A stretch of DNA of 61,396 bases from assembly GCA_944355355.1 (NCBI GenBank), contig CALVQE010000003.1, forward strand, positions 1 through 61,396, written 5' to 3'. Shown in pieces: positions 53,232 through 61,396 of the stretch. The notes under the pieces were generated by a model that worked only from the letters and a program-made list of their open reading frames with translations, had not been told where the DNA came from and did not search any database. Each line of letters starts with the position of its first letter. Position 1 is the first letter of the stretch. Both the position numbers and the translations under genes were made by a program. The stretch comes from an uncultured Bacilli bacterium. Its GTDB lineage: Bacteria > Bacillota_I > Bacilli_A > RF39 > UBA660.

Positions 53232-54506
53232 ATGAAAGAATATAGAAAACGAATTGCTGATGAGTTACTTGAAAGAAAACTGCAAGGGAAAGGGGCTGTT
53301 CTGATTCAAGGTCCAAAGTGGTGCGGTAAGACTACTACTGCTGAACAAATATCTAGTAGTATATTATATATGGCTGATCCAAAGAATAGGGAGCAAAATA
53401 TCACTTTGTCTGAGTTGAACCCAAGTTTATTATTAATGGGGGAAACACCGAGATTAATTGATGAGTGGCAAATTGCTCCGAAGCTATGGGATGCTGTTCG
53501 CTTTGAAGTTGATCATCGCGGAGAAGAAGGACAATTTATTTTAACTGGTTCTTCTGTTCCTGCGAATATGGATGAGGTTATTCATACTGGGACTGGAAGG
53601 TTTGCTTGGTTAACTATGAGACCTATGACTTTATATGAATCTGGAGAATCTAATGGATCAGTAAGTTTGCAGGATTTGTTTAATAATTCATCTCCATTAA
53701 ATGGGGTTAACGAATTAACGTTAGAAGATGTTAGTTATTTGTGTTGTCGTGGGGGCTGGCCTAGATGTATTTTTATGGATAAGGAGATTGCTTTAGAGCA
53801 AGCTTATGATTATTATCAGGCAGTTGTTTATTCAGATATTTCTAGGGTAGATAATATTAATAGAAATCCAGAGCGTGTGAAATTATTAATGAAAAGTTAT
53901 GCTAGAAATATTGGTAGTCAGGTATCTAATGAAACGATAAAAAGTGATATGATTCATAATGATTCACTTTCGTTAGATACAGATACAGTTTTATCTTATG
54001 TAAATGCATTAAAAAAGATTTTCGTTGTTGAAGAGGTACCTGCATGGAATCCTAATTTAAGAAGCAAGAGCGCTATCCGGACTTCTGAAACTCGATATTT
54101 TGTTGATCCTTCGATTGCAGTTGCAGCGTTAGGTTTGGGTCCAAATGATTTGATCAATGATTTAAATACTTTTGGATTTGTATTTGAATCGATGTGTATA
54201 AGAGATTTACGAGTATATGCCGAGAGTATTCAAGGAAGTGTATATCATTATAAAGATGCAACAGAATTGGAATGTGATGCAGTTATTCATTTGAGAAATG
54301 GTTCATATGGATTAGTAGAAATAAAATTGGGTGGAGATCAATTGATTTTGGAAGGAGCTGAGAATCTTTTAAAGTTAAAGAATAAAATTGATACAGAAAA
54401 AATGAATAATCCCTCCTTTTTGATGGTGTTAACTGCGACTGGAAAGTATGCTTATCAAAGAGATGATGGGGTGTATGTTGTTCCTATTGGATGTTTGAAA
54501 AATTAA
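53232..54506 (+). CDS. AAA_14 + DUF4143 ATPase (uncharacterised ATP-binding protein)
   Basis: Walker A GPKWCGKTTT. Walker B-like FILTGSS. C-terminal ELECDAVIHL..GLVEIKLGG is a nuclease-fold-like module. ATG 53232 is preceded by gagggag. Confidence 0.75.
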   Translation: MKEYRKRIADELLERKLQGKGAVLIQGPKWCGKTTTAEQISSSILYMADPKNREQNITLSELNPSLLLMGETPRLIDEWQIAPKLWDAVRFEVDHRGEEGQFILTGSSVPANMDEVIHTGTGRFAWLTMRPMTLYESGESNGSVSLQDLFNNSSPLNGVNELTLEDVSYLCCRGGWPRCIFMDKEIALEQAYDYYQAVVYSDISRVDNINRNPERVKLLMKSYARNIGSQVSNETIKSDMIHNDSLSLDTDTVLSYVNALKKIFVVEEVPAWNPNLRSKSAIRTSETRYFVDPSIAVAALGLGPNDLINDLNTFGFVFESMCIRDLRVYAESIQGSVYHYKDATELECDAVIHLRNGSYGLVEIKLGGDQLILEGAENLLKLKNKIDTEKMNNPSFLMVLTATGKYAYQRDDGVYVVPIGCLKN

Positions 54507-54616
54507 AAGGTTGTTATATTGGTGCAACCTCTTAAAATAGTTTTTTTAGCAACGGTAAAATAGGAAACCTTTTGTTTTTGTAGGGTATATCTTATTTAGT
54601 GTATATAAGCTTTCTT

Positions 54617-54724
54617 TTAGTTTTTTAAGAATTTTATTATGTCTCCTACTTTTAATTTTTTCCTTTTTCCGTCGTTTAGTCTTATTTCAACTCTCTTTGT
54701 ACCGTGTAATAGTTGTGATTTCAT
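54617..54724 (-). pseudogene. 35-codon stub of an ASCH-domain gene
   Basis: Hand translation gives MKSQLLHGTKRVEIRLNDGKRKKLKVGDIIKFLKN, matching the ASCH pattern K.vEiRlnD.kR..lkvGD.I.F. It terminates prematurely. Confidence 0.45.
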
Positions 54725-54729
54725 TGTTA

Positions 54730-55644
54730 TCACTTAATACCTTCTTTTTTTATAGTGACTTGTTTTCCTTGCTCACAATGTTTGTAATATTCTTGAGTTG
54801 TGAGATATGGGGTCGGTTTTTTATATTCGTATAGGCATAAGTTATTTTTGTTATAGTTGTTTTTTAATTCGTTATGAATAAATTTTTCTTTTACATCTTG
54901 TAGTAAGATTTCTAGGGATGAATATTCATGAATTCCTTTATATTTCTCCCATGCGTGTTCAAACCAGTAGTATTTGTCCTCTTTTTGATATGTTAGAAAT
55001 GTATGGGTTGGACATTTGTCGTTATCATAATGGACAATGAAATAAGTTTTTATATTTAAATGTCCTTGGAAAAGAAATCTTTCTAGTTCTACTTGATCCC
55101 AACATACTCCAATTTTATTTTCTATGACTTCTTGTGGGGATTGCAATCTGTATTTACTAGAGAATGTTTCATCAACTATTGAGTGTTTCTTTGAACAATT
55201 ATCTATCCATCCATAATTTATTTGTTCCATGAAGTTCATGATTTCTTTTTCTGTACGGTAGTTCCATAAACCAAGAGAACCTTTTACTTTTATAGGAGAG
55301 ATGGGAGTAATGTTATCTAATACCCAAGCATATCGTCCTTCTTTATATTCCCCACAGATATATTCTTGATAGTGATTTTTCTTCATATTTTCTACGTATT
55401 CTTTAGTCATGTAGATACAATCTTTTAAAGTACATTTACAGATAATATGACCAAAGTTTAGAGGCATGTTGTTTACTAATGCCATAAGTTCTTTATTCGT
55501 TTGGGTTTCTTTTGGCATTTTGGTTAAACTTGCATGTATATATAGTTCTCCTCGATAATCAGTTTTCCAACTTCTTGTTTCTATGCTTTTTTTCTTTTCT
55601 TTAATTAATGTAGCGTAGGGTTCTGTTAAACTTATAATTTTCAT
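54730..55644 (-). CDS. ASCH (PUA-like) domain fused to a transglutaminase/papain-like Cys-His domain
   Basis: N-terminal LIKEKKKSIETRSW ... GRYAWVLDNITPISPIKVKGSLGLWNY is ASCH-like. The C-terminus has KIGVCWDQVELERF, CPTHTFLTY and WFEHAW, a candidate Cys/His/acid triad. Confidence 0.55.
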   Translation of the reverse strand: MKIISLTEPYATLIKEKKKSIETRSWKTDYRGELYIHASLTKMPKETQTNKELMALVNNMPLNFGHIICKCTLKDCIYMTKEYVENMKKNHYQEYICGEYKEGRYAWVLDNITPISPIKVKGSLGLWNYRTEKEIMNFMEQINYGWIDNCSKKHSIVDETFSSKYRLQSPQEVIENKIGVCWDQVELERFLFQGHLNIKTYFIVHYDNDKCPTHTFLTYQKEDKYYWFEHAWEKYKGIHEYSSLEILLQDVKEKFIHNELKNNYNKNNLCLYEYKKPTPYLTTQEYYKHCEQGKQVTIKKEGIK

Positions 55645-55708
55645 ATGATCACCATGGTATTATTATATCTTATTGGGATAAATATGACTATAAAAAAATT
55701 TTAAAAAA

Positions 55709-55735
55709 CTAGCACTTTATATTGACAAGTGCTAA
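55709..55735. promoter_or_regulatory. CIRCE-type HrcA operator (CTAGCACTT-N9-AAGTGCTAA)
   Basis: 9-bp arms with a 9-nt spacer, close to the consensus TTAGCACTC-N9-GAGTGCTAA. It overlaps the -35 of the hsp20 promoter. Confidence 0.75.
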
Positions 55736-55749
55736 TAAAGTGGTATAAT
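55722..55749 (+). promoter_or_regulatory. hsp20 promoter TTGACA-16-TGgTATAAT
   Basis: -35 at 55722-55727 and extended -10 at 55741-55749. Confidence 0.7.
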
Positions 55750-55775
55750 GGAATCATGAAAGGAAATGGTGATAT

Positions 55776-56162
55776 ATGAGATTAATGCCAAGAAGTTATT
55801 ATTTGGATGATTTATTTGATAATTTTTTATCAAGTGAGGACAGTAAAATGAAATGTGATATTTATGAAAGTGAGGGAAAATACCATATTGAAATGGATAT
55901 TCCTGGTTTTCGTAAAGATGAAATAAAGATTGAATGTAATAAAGGAAATATTGTTATTACTGCTGAAAAGAGTGATGAACAAAAGGATGAGGATAAGAAA
56001 TATCTTCGTCGTGAAAGAGTTTATGGAAAATATCAACGTAGTTTCTATTTAGGTGATATCGTTGAAGATGAAATTGAAGCTTCTTTTGATAATGGTATTT
56101 TACATATCGTTGTTCCAAAACTTGAAGAAAAAGAAACTAAGAAATATATTGAAGTGAAATAA
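55776..56162 (+). CDS. Hsp20/alpha-crystallin family small heat-shock protein
   Basis: KCDIYESEGKYHIEMDIPGFRKDEIKIE ... FDNGILHIVVPK. Confidence 0.9.
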   Translation: MRLMPRSYYLDDLFDNFLSSEDSKMKCDIYESEGKYHIEMDIPGFRKDEIKIECNKGNIVITAEKSDEQKDEDKKYLRRERVYGKYQRSFYLGDIVEDEIEASFDNGILHIVVPKLEEKETKKYIEVK

Positions 56163-56187
56163 GAGATGGTATTCTCTTATTTTTTTT
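56161..56187 (+). terminator. hsp20 terminator
   Basis: Stem AAGAGA/TCTCTT followed by T8. Confidence 0.6.
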
Positions 56188-56221
56188 GGTATAATACGGG
56201 TAACTTTGAAGGGATGATTTT

Positions 56222-57421
56222 ATGGCATTTATTAAGATACCAACTAAGGGAATGAGAGATCTTGGACCTCGAGATATGTTGTTAAGAGAGTATGTTCTTG
56301 GAGTGATGAAGGATACTTATCAAGATTATGGTTTTGAACTTATTGAAACTCCTTGTGTAGAACATATTGAGAATTTAACGAATAAAGTTGGTGGGGATAA
56401 TGAAAAACTTATTTATAAGGTTTTGAAAAGGGGAGAAAAGCTTGATTTTGATAATGCTTCTAAAGTAGACGATTTGGTTGATAGTGGACTTCGTTATGAT
56501 TTGACGGTTCCGCTTACAAGGTTTTATGCAAATTCTATGAATGAGTTGCAGAGTCCTTTTCGTTCTTTTCAAACGGGTAGAGTTTGGAGGGCTGATCGTC
56601 CACAGAAAGGAAGATATCGGGAGTTTGTTCAATGCGATTTAGATATTTTTGGTGAGAAAACAAATTTGGCTGAGATTGAGCTTATGTCTGCAGTTATTAC
56701 GTTTTTGAAGAAACTTAATTTTGAGGGATTTCAGATAAGAATAAATGATCGTCGTATTTTAAAGAAGATGGTTTTGTTTTGTGGCTTTTTGGAAAGTGAT
56801 GCTGATTCTATTTTGATTTCTTTGGATAAGTTAGATAAGATTGGCATGGATGGTGTTTATGATGAATTAATACGTCATGGCTATGAAATGGATAAGGTAA
56901 ATAAGTTTTTAGGATTTTTTTGTGAGAATCTTTCTTTAGAAGAGTTTTGTTTGCAATTTCAAATGGATGAAGATGTTGTCAAGAATTTAAGAGAGATTAT
57001 GAATTATACGAAAGAGGTTACGGGAGCTAGTTTGTTTTTTGACCCTACTTTAGTAAGGGGAATGGGTTATTATACGGGACCTATTTTTGAGATTATGGTT
57101 AGTGATTATGCTTCTTCGATAGGTGGCGGTGGCCGTTATGATGAGATGGTTTCTAAGTATGCAAATGTTTCTGTTCCAGCTTGTGGTTTTTCTGTTGGGT
57201 TTGAGCGGTTAATTATGCTTTTAGAAGAACGTGGTTTTGAGGTTCCTCTTACGAAGAAAAGAGTTGCTATTGTGATTCAAGAGAAAAATACTGACGTCTT
57301 TTTAAAGGCTCGGAGCATGCGTGATGAAAATATGATTGTCAAAGTGGTTTATCGTAGTAAAAATTACAAACATCAAAAAGAAGTCCTTGAGGCCAATGGA
57401 TATCATATTTTAGAGATGTAG
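56222..57421 (+). CDS. hisS: Histidine--tRNA ligase (short, 399 aa)
   Basis: KGMRDLGPRD, LRYDLTVPLTRF, WRADRPQKGRYREFVQCD (motif 2), IGGGGRYD, and a C-terminal anticodon-binding-like domain. Confidence 0.75.
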   Translation: MAFIKIPTKGMRDLGPRDMLLREYVLGVMKDTYQDYGFELIETPCVEHIENLTNKVGGDNEKLIYKVLKRGEKLDFDNASKVDDLVDSGLRYDLTVPLTRFYANSMNELQSPFRSFQTGRVWRADRPQKGRYREFVQCDLDIFGEKTNLAEIELMSAVITFLKKLNFEGFQIRINDRRILKKMVLFCGFLESDADSILISLDKLDKIGMDGVYDELIRHGYEMDKVNKFLGFFCENLSLEEFCLQFQMDEDVVKNLREIMNYTKEVTGASLFFDPTLVRGMGYYTGPIFEIMVSDYASSIGGGGRYDEMVSKYANVSVPACGFSVGFERLIMLLEERGFEVPLTKKRVAIVIQEKNTDVFLKARSMRDENMIVKVVYRSKNYKHQKEVLEANGYHILEM

Positions 57422-57488
57422 TTAAGTTTGGTAGAAATTACCATTCTTTTTTTTGTTAAAAAAAGCATACTACTTTTAGGTGAGTGGT

Positions 57489-57803
57489 ATGAAGAAGTAT
57501 CTTTATTTATTAGGTATAGTTATGATTGCTTTGATTTTAGTTTCTATTCCTTACTCTTATGGGATGGAGAGCGAGTTAAATAGTAATCAATTATATGAGT
57601 ATATTACGGAAAATCATATTCAGAATATAAAAAAAATTTGTTCAAATGATTTTTGTGATTATTTGAGAAGTGTTCGTTTGGAAGAATCTATTGAGATTTT
57701 TAAAAAGAAGTATCAGGAGTATATTGCTTTAAAGATTGGTGAGGATAAGGCATATGAGGTGGTTTTAAAAGGATTTCCAATTACAGATATTGAGTGTTTT
57801 TAG
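57489..57803 (+). CDS. Small hypothetical membrane-anchored protein
   Basis: N-terminal TM segment YLYLLGIVMIALILVSIP. No known motif. Confidence 0.4.
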   Translation: MKKYLYLLGIVMIALILVSIPYSYGMESELNSNQLYEYITENHIQNIKKICSNDFCDYLRSVRLEESIEIFKKKYQEYIALKIGEDKAYEVVLKGFPITDIECF

Positions 57804-58740
57804 GGAGTTTGCAACCTTGGTAGAGGTTTTTTCTTTGTAAGTTTTTATCAATATCGTTTAAGACACAAAACTTTTTTAATAGCCATGTTGGAGCGATTAG
57901 GTCTTCTTTGGTAGGATCACCTGTAATTCGTTCGATAACTATTTCAGGTTTTAAGTAAGTGAGTTGTTCACAGACGATGTCAATGTATTCTTCTTTGGAT
58001 AGAATTTTAAAGGGATGGGTTTGATAGTATGTGGCTAATGGTGTATTTTTAAGGATATGAAGCATATGAATTTTTATACCATCAATGTTTAGATTGTTTA
58101 AGTATTTAGCGGTTTCAATCATCATTTCTTTGGTTTCATGAGGTAGACCGTTTATAATGTGAACAACTGTGAAGATGTTTCTTTTTTGGAGTTCTTTGAC
58201 ACAGTTTTCAAAGTTTTCTTTGGTATGACCGCGGTTTATGAAGCGTAGGGTTTTGTTGTGCATACTTTGAAGACCTAGTTCAACGGTTAGAAAGGTTCGT
58301 TTGTTTAATTCTTCTAAGTAATCATAGGTTTCTTTGGTAAAACAATCACTTCTTGTGGCGATGGAAAGACCTACAACATCAGGAATTTTTAAGACGGTTT
58401 CAAAGTTTTGTTTTAAAACGGATAATGGTGCATTTGTGTTTGTTCCGGCTTGAAAGTAGGCGATGTAGTAGGCATCGGGCCATTTTTGGGCCATTTTGGT
58501 TTGAACTTCTTTGAATTGAGTGAGTAGGTCATCTTTTTGATTGCCAGCAAAATCACCACTTTGATTTGAACAATAAATACATCCATGGCCATTTTTATTG
58601 TTTGGACAAGATAGGCCGGCATTTAAGCTTACTTTGTATACTTTTTTGTGAAATTTGTTTTTTAGAAAATAGTTTAATGTATGATAACGTTTGTTATCTA
58701 AAGTATAGGGAAATGGATTTTTGTTTTGCATGAGATTCAC
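57781..58740 (-). CDS. TIGR01212 (YhcC)-family radical SAM protein
   Basis: SLNAGLSCPNNKNGHGCIYCS cluster motif, typical length. Confidence 0.85.
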   Translation of the reverse strand: MNLMQNKNPFPYTLDNKRYHTLNYFLKNKFHKKVYKVSLNAGLSCPNNKNGHGCIYCSNQSGDFAGNQKDDLLTQFKEVQTKMAQKWPDAYYIAYFQAGTNTNAPLSVLKQNFETVLKIPDVVGLSIATRSDCFTKETYDYLEELNKRTFLTVELGLQSMHNKTLRFINRGHTKENFENCVKELQKRNIFTVVHIINGLPHETKEMMIETAKYLNNLNIDGIKIHMLHILKNTPLATYYQTHPFKILSKEEYIDIVCEQLTYLKPEIVIERITGDPTKEDLIAPTWLLKKFCVLNDIDKNLQRKNLYQGCKLPKNTQYL

Positions 58741-58863
58741 CTCCGCTTTATTATACTGTATTTTATTTTAATTGAGTATTATTTTTTTTAGTTATCGTTT
58801 AAACAAAATTTACTTTGGTGATGAGTCGTGATATAATTTTCTATAGTAGAAAGGGGCTTTAAC

Positions 58864-61254
58864 ATGAATGGAATGGATGCTCATTTTCGGGTAGATTATA
58901 GTAAGGCTAGAAGTAAGGAAGGGGCTATTTTTCAAGGTTCAAATTATCGGATTACGGTTTTAACGGAACGATTGGTTCGGTTAGAGTATCAAAAGGATGG
59001 TATGTTTTTTGATGATTTAACTGAGCAGGTTGTAAATAGAGATTTTGAGGTTCCTAGTTTTAAAGTACAACAAGATGAGAAGTTTTTGGAGATTACGACG
59101 AGTTATTTTATGCTTAAGTATGCTAAGGAGAAACCTTTTGAAGGTCTTAATATAGAGATTTATTTATTAAATACGGATAAGATTTGGAATATTAAGAGTA
59201 AGGAAGTACGTAATTTTAATACGTCTGGGAATGGAATTAATTTGGATAAACCTGATTATCAAAAGGGGTTATATTCTGTTGATGGTTTTGTAACTATTGA
59301 TGATAGTGCTTCGATGATTGTGGGAGAAGATGGTTTTTTAACGCCTAATACGACGTCTAGAATAGATTTATATGTGTTTATGTATCGTAGGGATTTTGGA
59401 CTTTGTTTAAAGGATTATTTTACTTTGACGGGTTATCCGCCACTTATTCCTCGTTATGCATTGGGGGTTTGGTGGAATAAAAGTGAGATTTATAATTTTA
59501 ATGATATTTCTGATCTTTTGATAAAGTTTAATCGTTATGAAATACCAGTATCTATTATTCTTTTAGATGAGTTTTGGCATTTAAAAGATGCAACGGATCT
59601 AACTAAGTATAAGACTGGGTTTACTTTTAATCGTAATTTATTTTCTGATCCAGCATATATGACTAAGTTTTTACATGATAGAGGTGTTCGTCTTGGCCTT
59701 AATATTGATCCGGTAGAAGGAATTATGCCTCATGAAGATGCTTATGAAAGTATTGCTAAGACGATTAATCTAATGGATAAGAGTACGATTCCTTTTAATG
59801 CTTTTGATAAGTTTGTTTTGAATAGTTATTTGCATCAGTTAATGTTGCCTTTAGAACAAAAGGGTGTTGATTTTTTCTGGTTAGATTATAGCAATAAGAA
59901 AGATGTTTTAACCTTAAGAGCGCTTTCTTATTATCAATTTAATGATGCGAAGAAAAATGATGTGAAACGTGGTTTTATTTTGGCTCCTAACTCTTTAGTG
60001 GCAGCACATAGATATCCAGTAATGTATAGTGGAAGAACTTTGGTTTCATGGAGTACTTTGAGTGTTTTACCTTATTTTAATTCAATGGCTGCAAATAAGG
60101 GGCTTTCTTGGTGGAGTCATGATATTGGAGGCTATATGGGAGGTGTTGAAGATTCTGAGCTTTATGTGCGTTATGTCCAATTGGGATGCTATAGTCCTAT
60201 TTTTAGGTTTGCGTCTAAGGGTGGAAAATATTACAAACGTGAACCTTGGATGTGGGATGTAAAAACTTTAGAGATTGTTAAGGATTATACTCAGTTAAGA
60301 CATCGGTTGATTCCATATTTGTATACAGAAGGATATAAGTATCATAAATCAGGAATGCCAATTATTCAGCCTTTGTATTATTTAAATCCAGAAATTTATG
60401 ATGAGCCAAAGTATAAGAATGAGTATTACTTTGGATCAGAGTTATTAGTGGCGCCTATCACGCATCAAAAGAATGTAGTCATGAATAGGACTGTATTAGA
60501 TGTTTTTTTGCCAGAAGGAACTTGGTATGATTTTAAAACAGGTAAAAAATTTATTGGAAATAAAAGATATGTTGTCTTTTATAAGGATGAAGATTATCCA
60601 GTTTTTGCTAAGTCTGGTTCAATCGTGCCTTTAGGAGATTTAAATGCGAATAAGAATGATACTAGTGCACCTAAGAGTATGGAAATTCATATTTTTCCTG
60701 GTAAAAGTAATATTTATACTTTATATGAAGATGATGGTGTGTCAAGGCTTCATGAAAAAGGTTATTATTTATTAAGTTCGATTGATTACAATTATTTACA
60801 AAATAACTTTACAGTTATTATAAGGCCTATTGAAGGTAAGAGTGGTATTATTCCAGATACAAGAGATTATAAGATTCGCTTTAGAAATACAAGAAAGGCT
60901 GATCAAGTTATTGTATATTTGGATAAGGAAGTTTATACTTCGACAAGTTATGTAGATGATGCCGATTTTGTGGTTGAAGTAAAGGATGTTAAAACAACAA
61001 GCCAGTTGTCTATTAATTGTAAAGGTAAAGATATTGAGATTGATGCCGTTCGTTTAATTAATGAAGATATTGATTCTATTATTAGTGATTTACAAATTAA
61101 GACAACTTTGAAAGAAATGCTTGCGCAAATTATCTTTAGTGATATGGATATTAAAAAGAAACGAATTGAAATTCGGAAGTTAAAGAGTAAGGGACTTGAT
61201 AGTAAATTTATTTCGATGTTTATGAAACTTATGGAGTATGTTTCTCAAATTTAG
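58864..61254 (+). CDS. Glycoside hydrolase family 31 (alpha-glucosidase/alpha-xylosidase-like)
   Basis: GVDFFWLDYS and WSHDIGGY catalytic-region motifs, 796 aa. Confidence 0.85.
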   Translation: MNGMDAHFRVDYSKARSKEGAIFQGSNYRITVLTERLVRLEYQKDGMFFDDLTEQVVNRDFEVPSFKVQQDEKFLEITTSYFMLKYAKEKPFEGLNIEIYLLNTDKIWNIKSKEVRNFNTSGNGINLDKPDYQKGLYSVDGFVTIDDSASMIVGEDGFLTPNTTSRIDLYVFMYRRDFGLCLKDYFTLTGYPPLIPRYALGVWWNKSEIYNFNDISDLLIKFNRYEIPVSIILLDEFWHLKDATDLTKYKTGFTFNRNLFSDPAYMTKFLHDRGVRLGLNIDPVEGIMPHEDAYESIAKTINLMDKSTIPFNAFDKFVLNSYLHQLMLPLEQKGVDFFWLDYSNKKDVLTLRALSYYQFNDAKKNDVKRGFILAPNSLVAAHRYPVMYSGRTLVSWSTLSVLPYFNSMAANKGLSWWSHDIGGYMGGVEDSELYVRYVQLGCYSPIFRFASKGGKYYKREPWMWDVKTLEIVKDYTQLRHRLIPYLYTEGYKYHKSGMPIIQPLYYLNPEIYDEPKYKNEYYFGSELLVAPITHQKNVVMNRTVLDVFLPEGTWYDFKTGKKFIGNKRYVVFYKDEDYPVFAKSGSIVPLGDLNANKNDTSAPKSMEIHIFPGKSNIYTLYEDDGVSRLHEKGYYLLSSIDYNYLQNNFTVIIRPIEGKSGIIPDTRDYKIRFRNTRKADQVIVYLDKEVYTSTSYVDDADFVVEVKDVKTTSQLSINCKGKDIEIDAVRLINEDIDSIISDLQIKTTLKEMLAQIIFSDMDIKKKRIEIRKLKSKGLDSKFISMFMKLMEYVSQI

Positions 61255-61255
61255 A

Positions 61256-61285
61256 AGAAAGACTTAAGATAGTCTTTCTTTTTTA
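61256..61285 (+). terminator. Intrinsic terminator
   Basis: 9-bp stem AGAAAGACT/AGTCTTTCT followed by T6. Confidence 0.75.
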
Positions 61286-61396
61286 ACTTTAAGTATATAA
61301 AACTATTGGGTGTAAAAAATTTTGGTTCTTGCATAAAAGTTGTGGGATAACTATTTAGTTCTAGATATATCAAATAGCTTTAAGAAGAAGTATTCA

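Noticed and set aside
57781-57803. 23-nt convergent overlap of the 107-aa ORF and the radical-SAM gene as a regulatory feature
   Set aside because: The small ORF is itself weakly supported, and a 3'-3' overlap of this size is common and needs no special explanation.

Overview
Chromosomal segment of a low-GC, code-11 Firmicute; spo0A and whiA point to a spore-former lineage, with Erysipelotrichia or Clostridia-like codon usage. The backbone is housekeeping: whiA, clpP, gap-pgk-tpiA, spo0A, an LCP ligase, recG, hsp20, hisS, a radical-SAM gene and a GH31 glycosidase. A cell-wall polysaccharide locus of about 23 kb spans 27.3-50.1 kb. It has rhamnan/Rgp-Gac-like content: WecA/TagO-like primer, DUF1972 GT4, GT2s, ABC exporter, RgpF, DUF2142, a GacI/GacJ-like pair and GtrA/GtrB-like decoration modules. 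Several small accessory insertions break this backbone. (i) An ABC-type ATPase + TOPRIM two-gene module (PARIS/AbiL class) sits after whiA. (ii) A 1.8-kb insertion lies between gap and pgk. It is bounded by a decayed duplicate of the gap 3' end and carries a tnpB stub and a Schlafen/AlbA_2-type gene. (iii) A solo IS200 tnpA. (iv) An IS256-stub-bounded island encodes a three-to-four-gene operon of orphan domains (SWIM Zn-finger, tandem pRiA4b-ORF3/MM3350-like, UPF0158-like). I consider this the best candidate for an undescribed system. (v) A DUF4143 ATPase is preceded by 23-bp direct repeats, with a stub of a second DUF4143 gene elsewhere. Other notable items are a 10-bp minisatellite at the window edge, an in-frame TAA splitting recG, two promoter-plus-terminator-bounded sRNA candidates flanking recG, and a CIRCE operator on hsp20. 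All family assignments come from motif recognition by eye; no searches were run.
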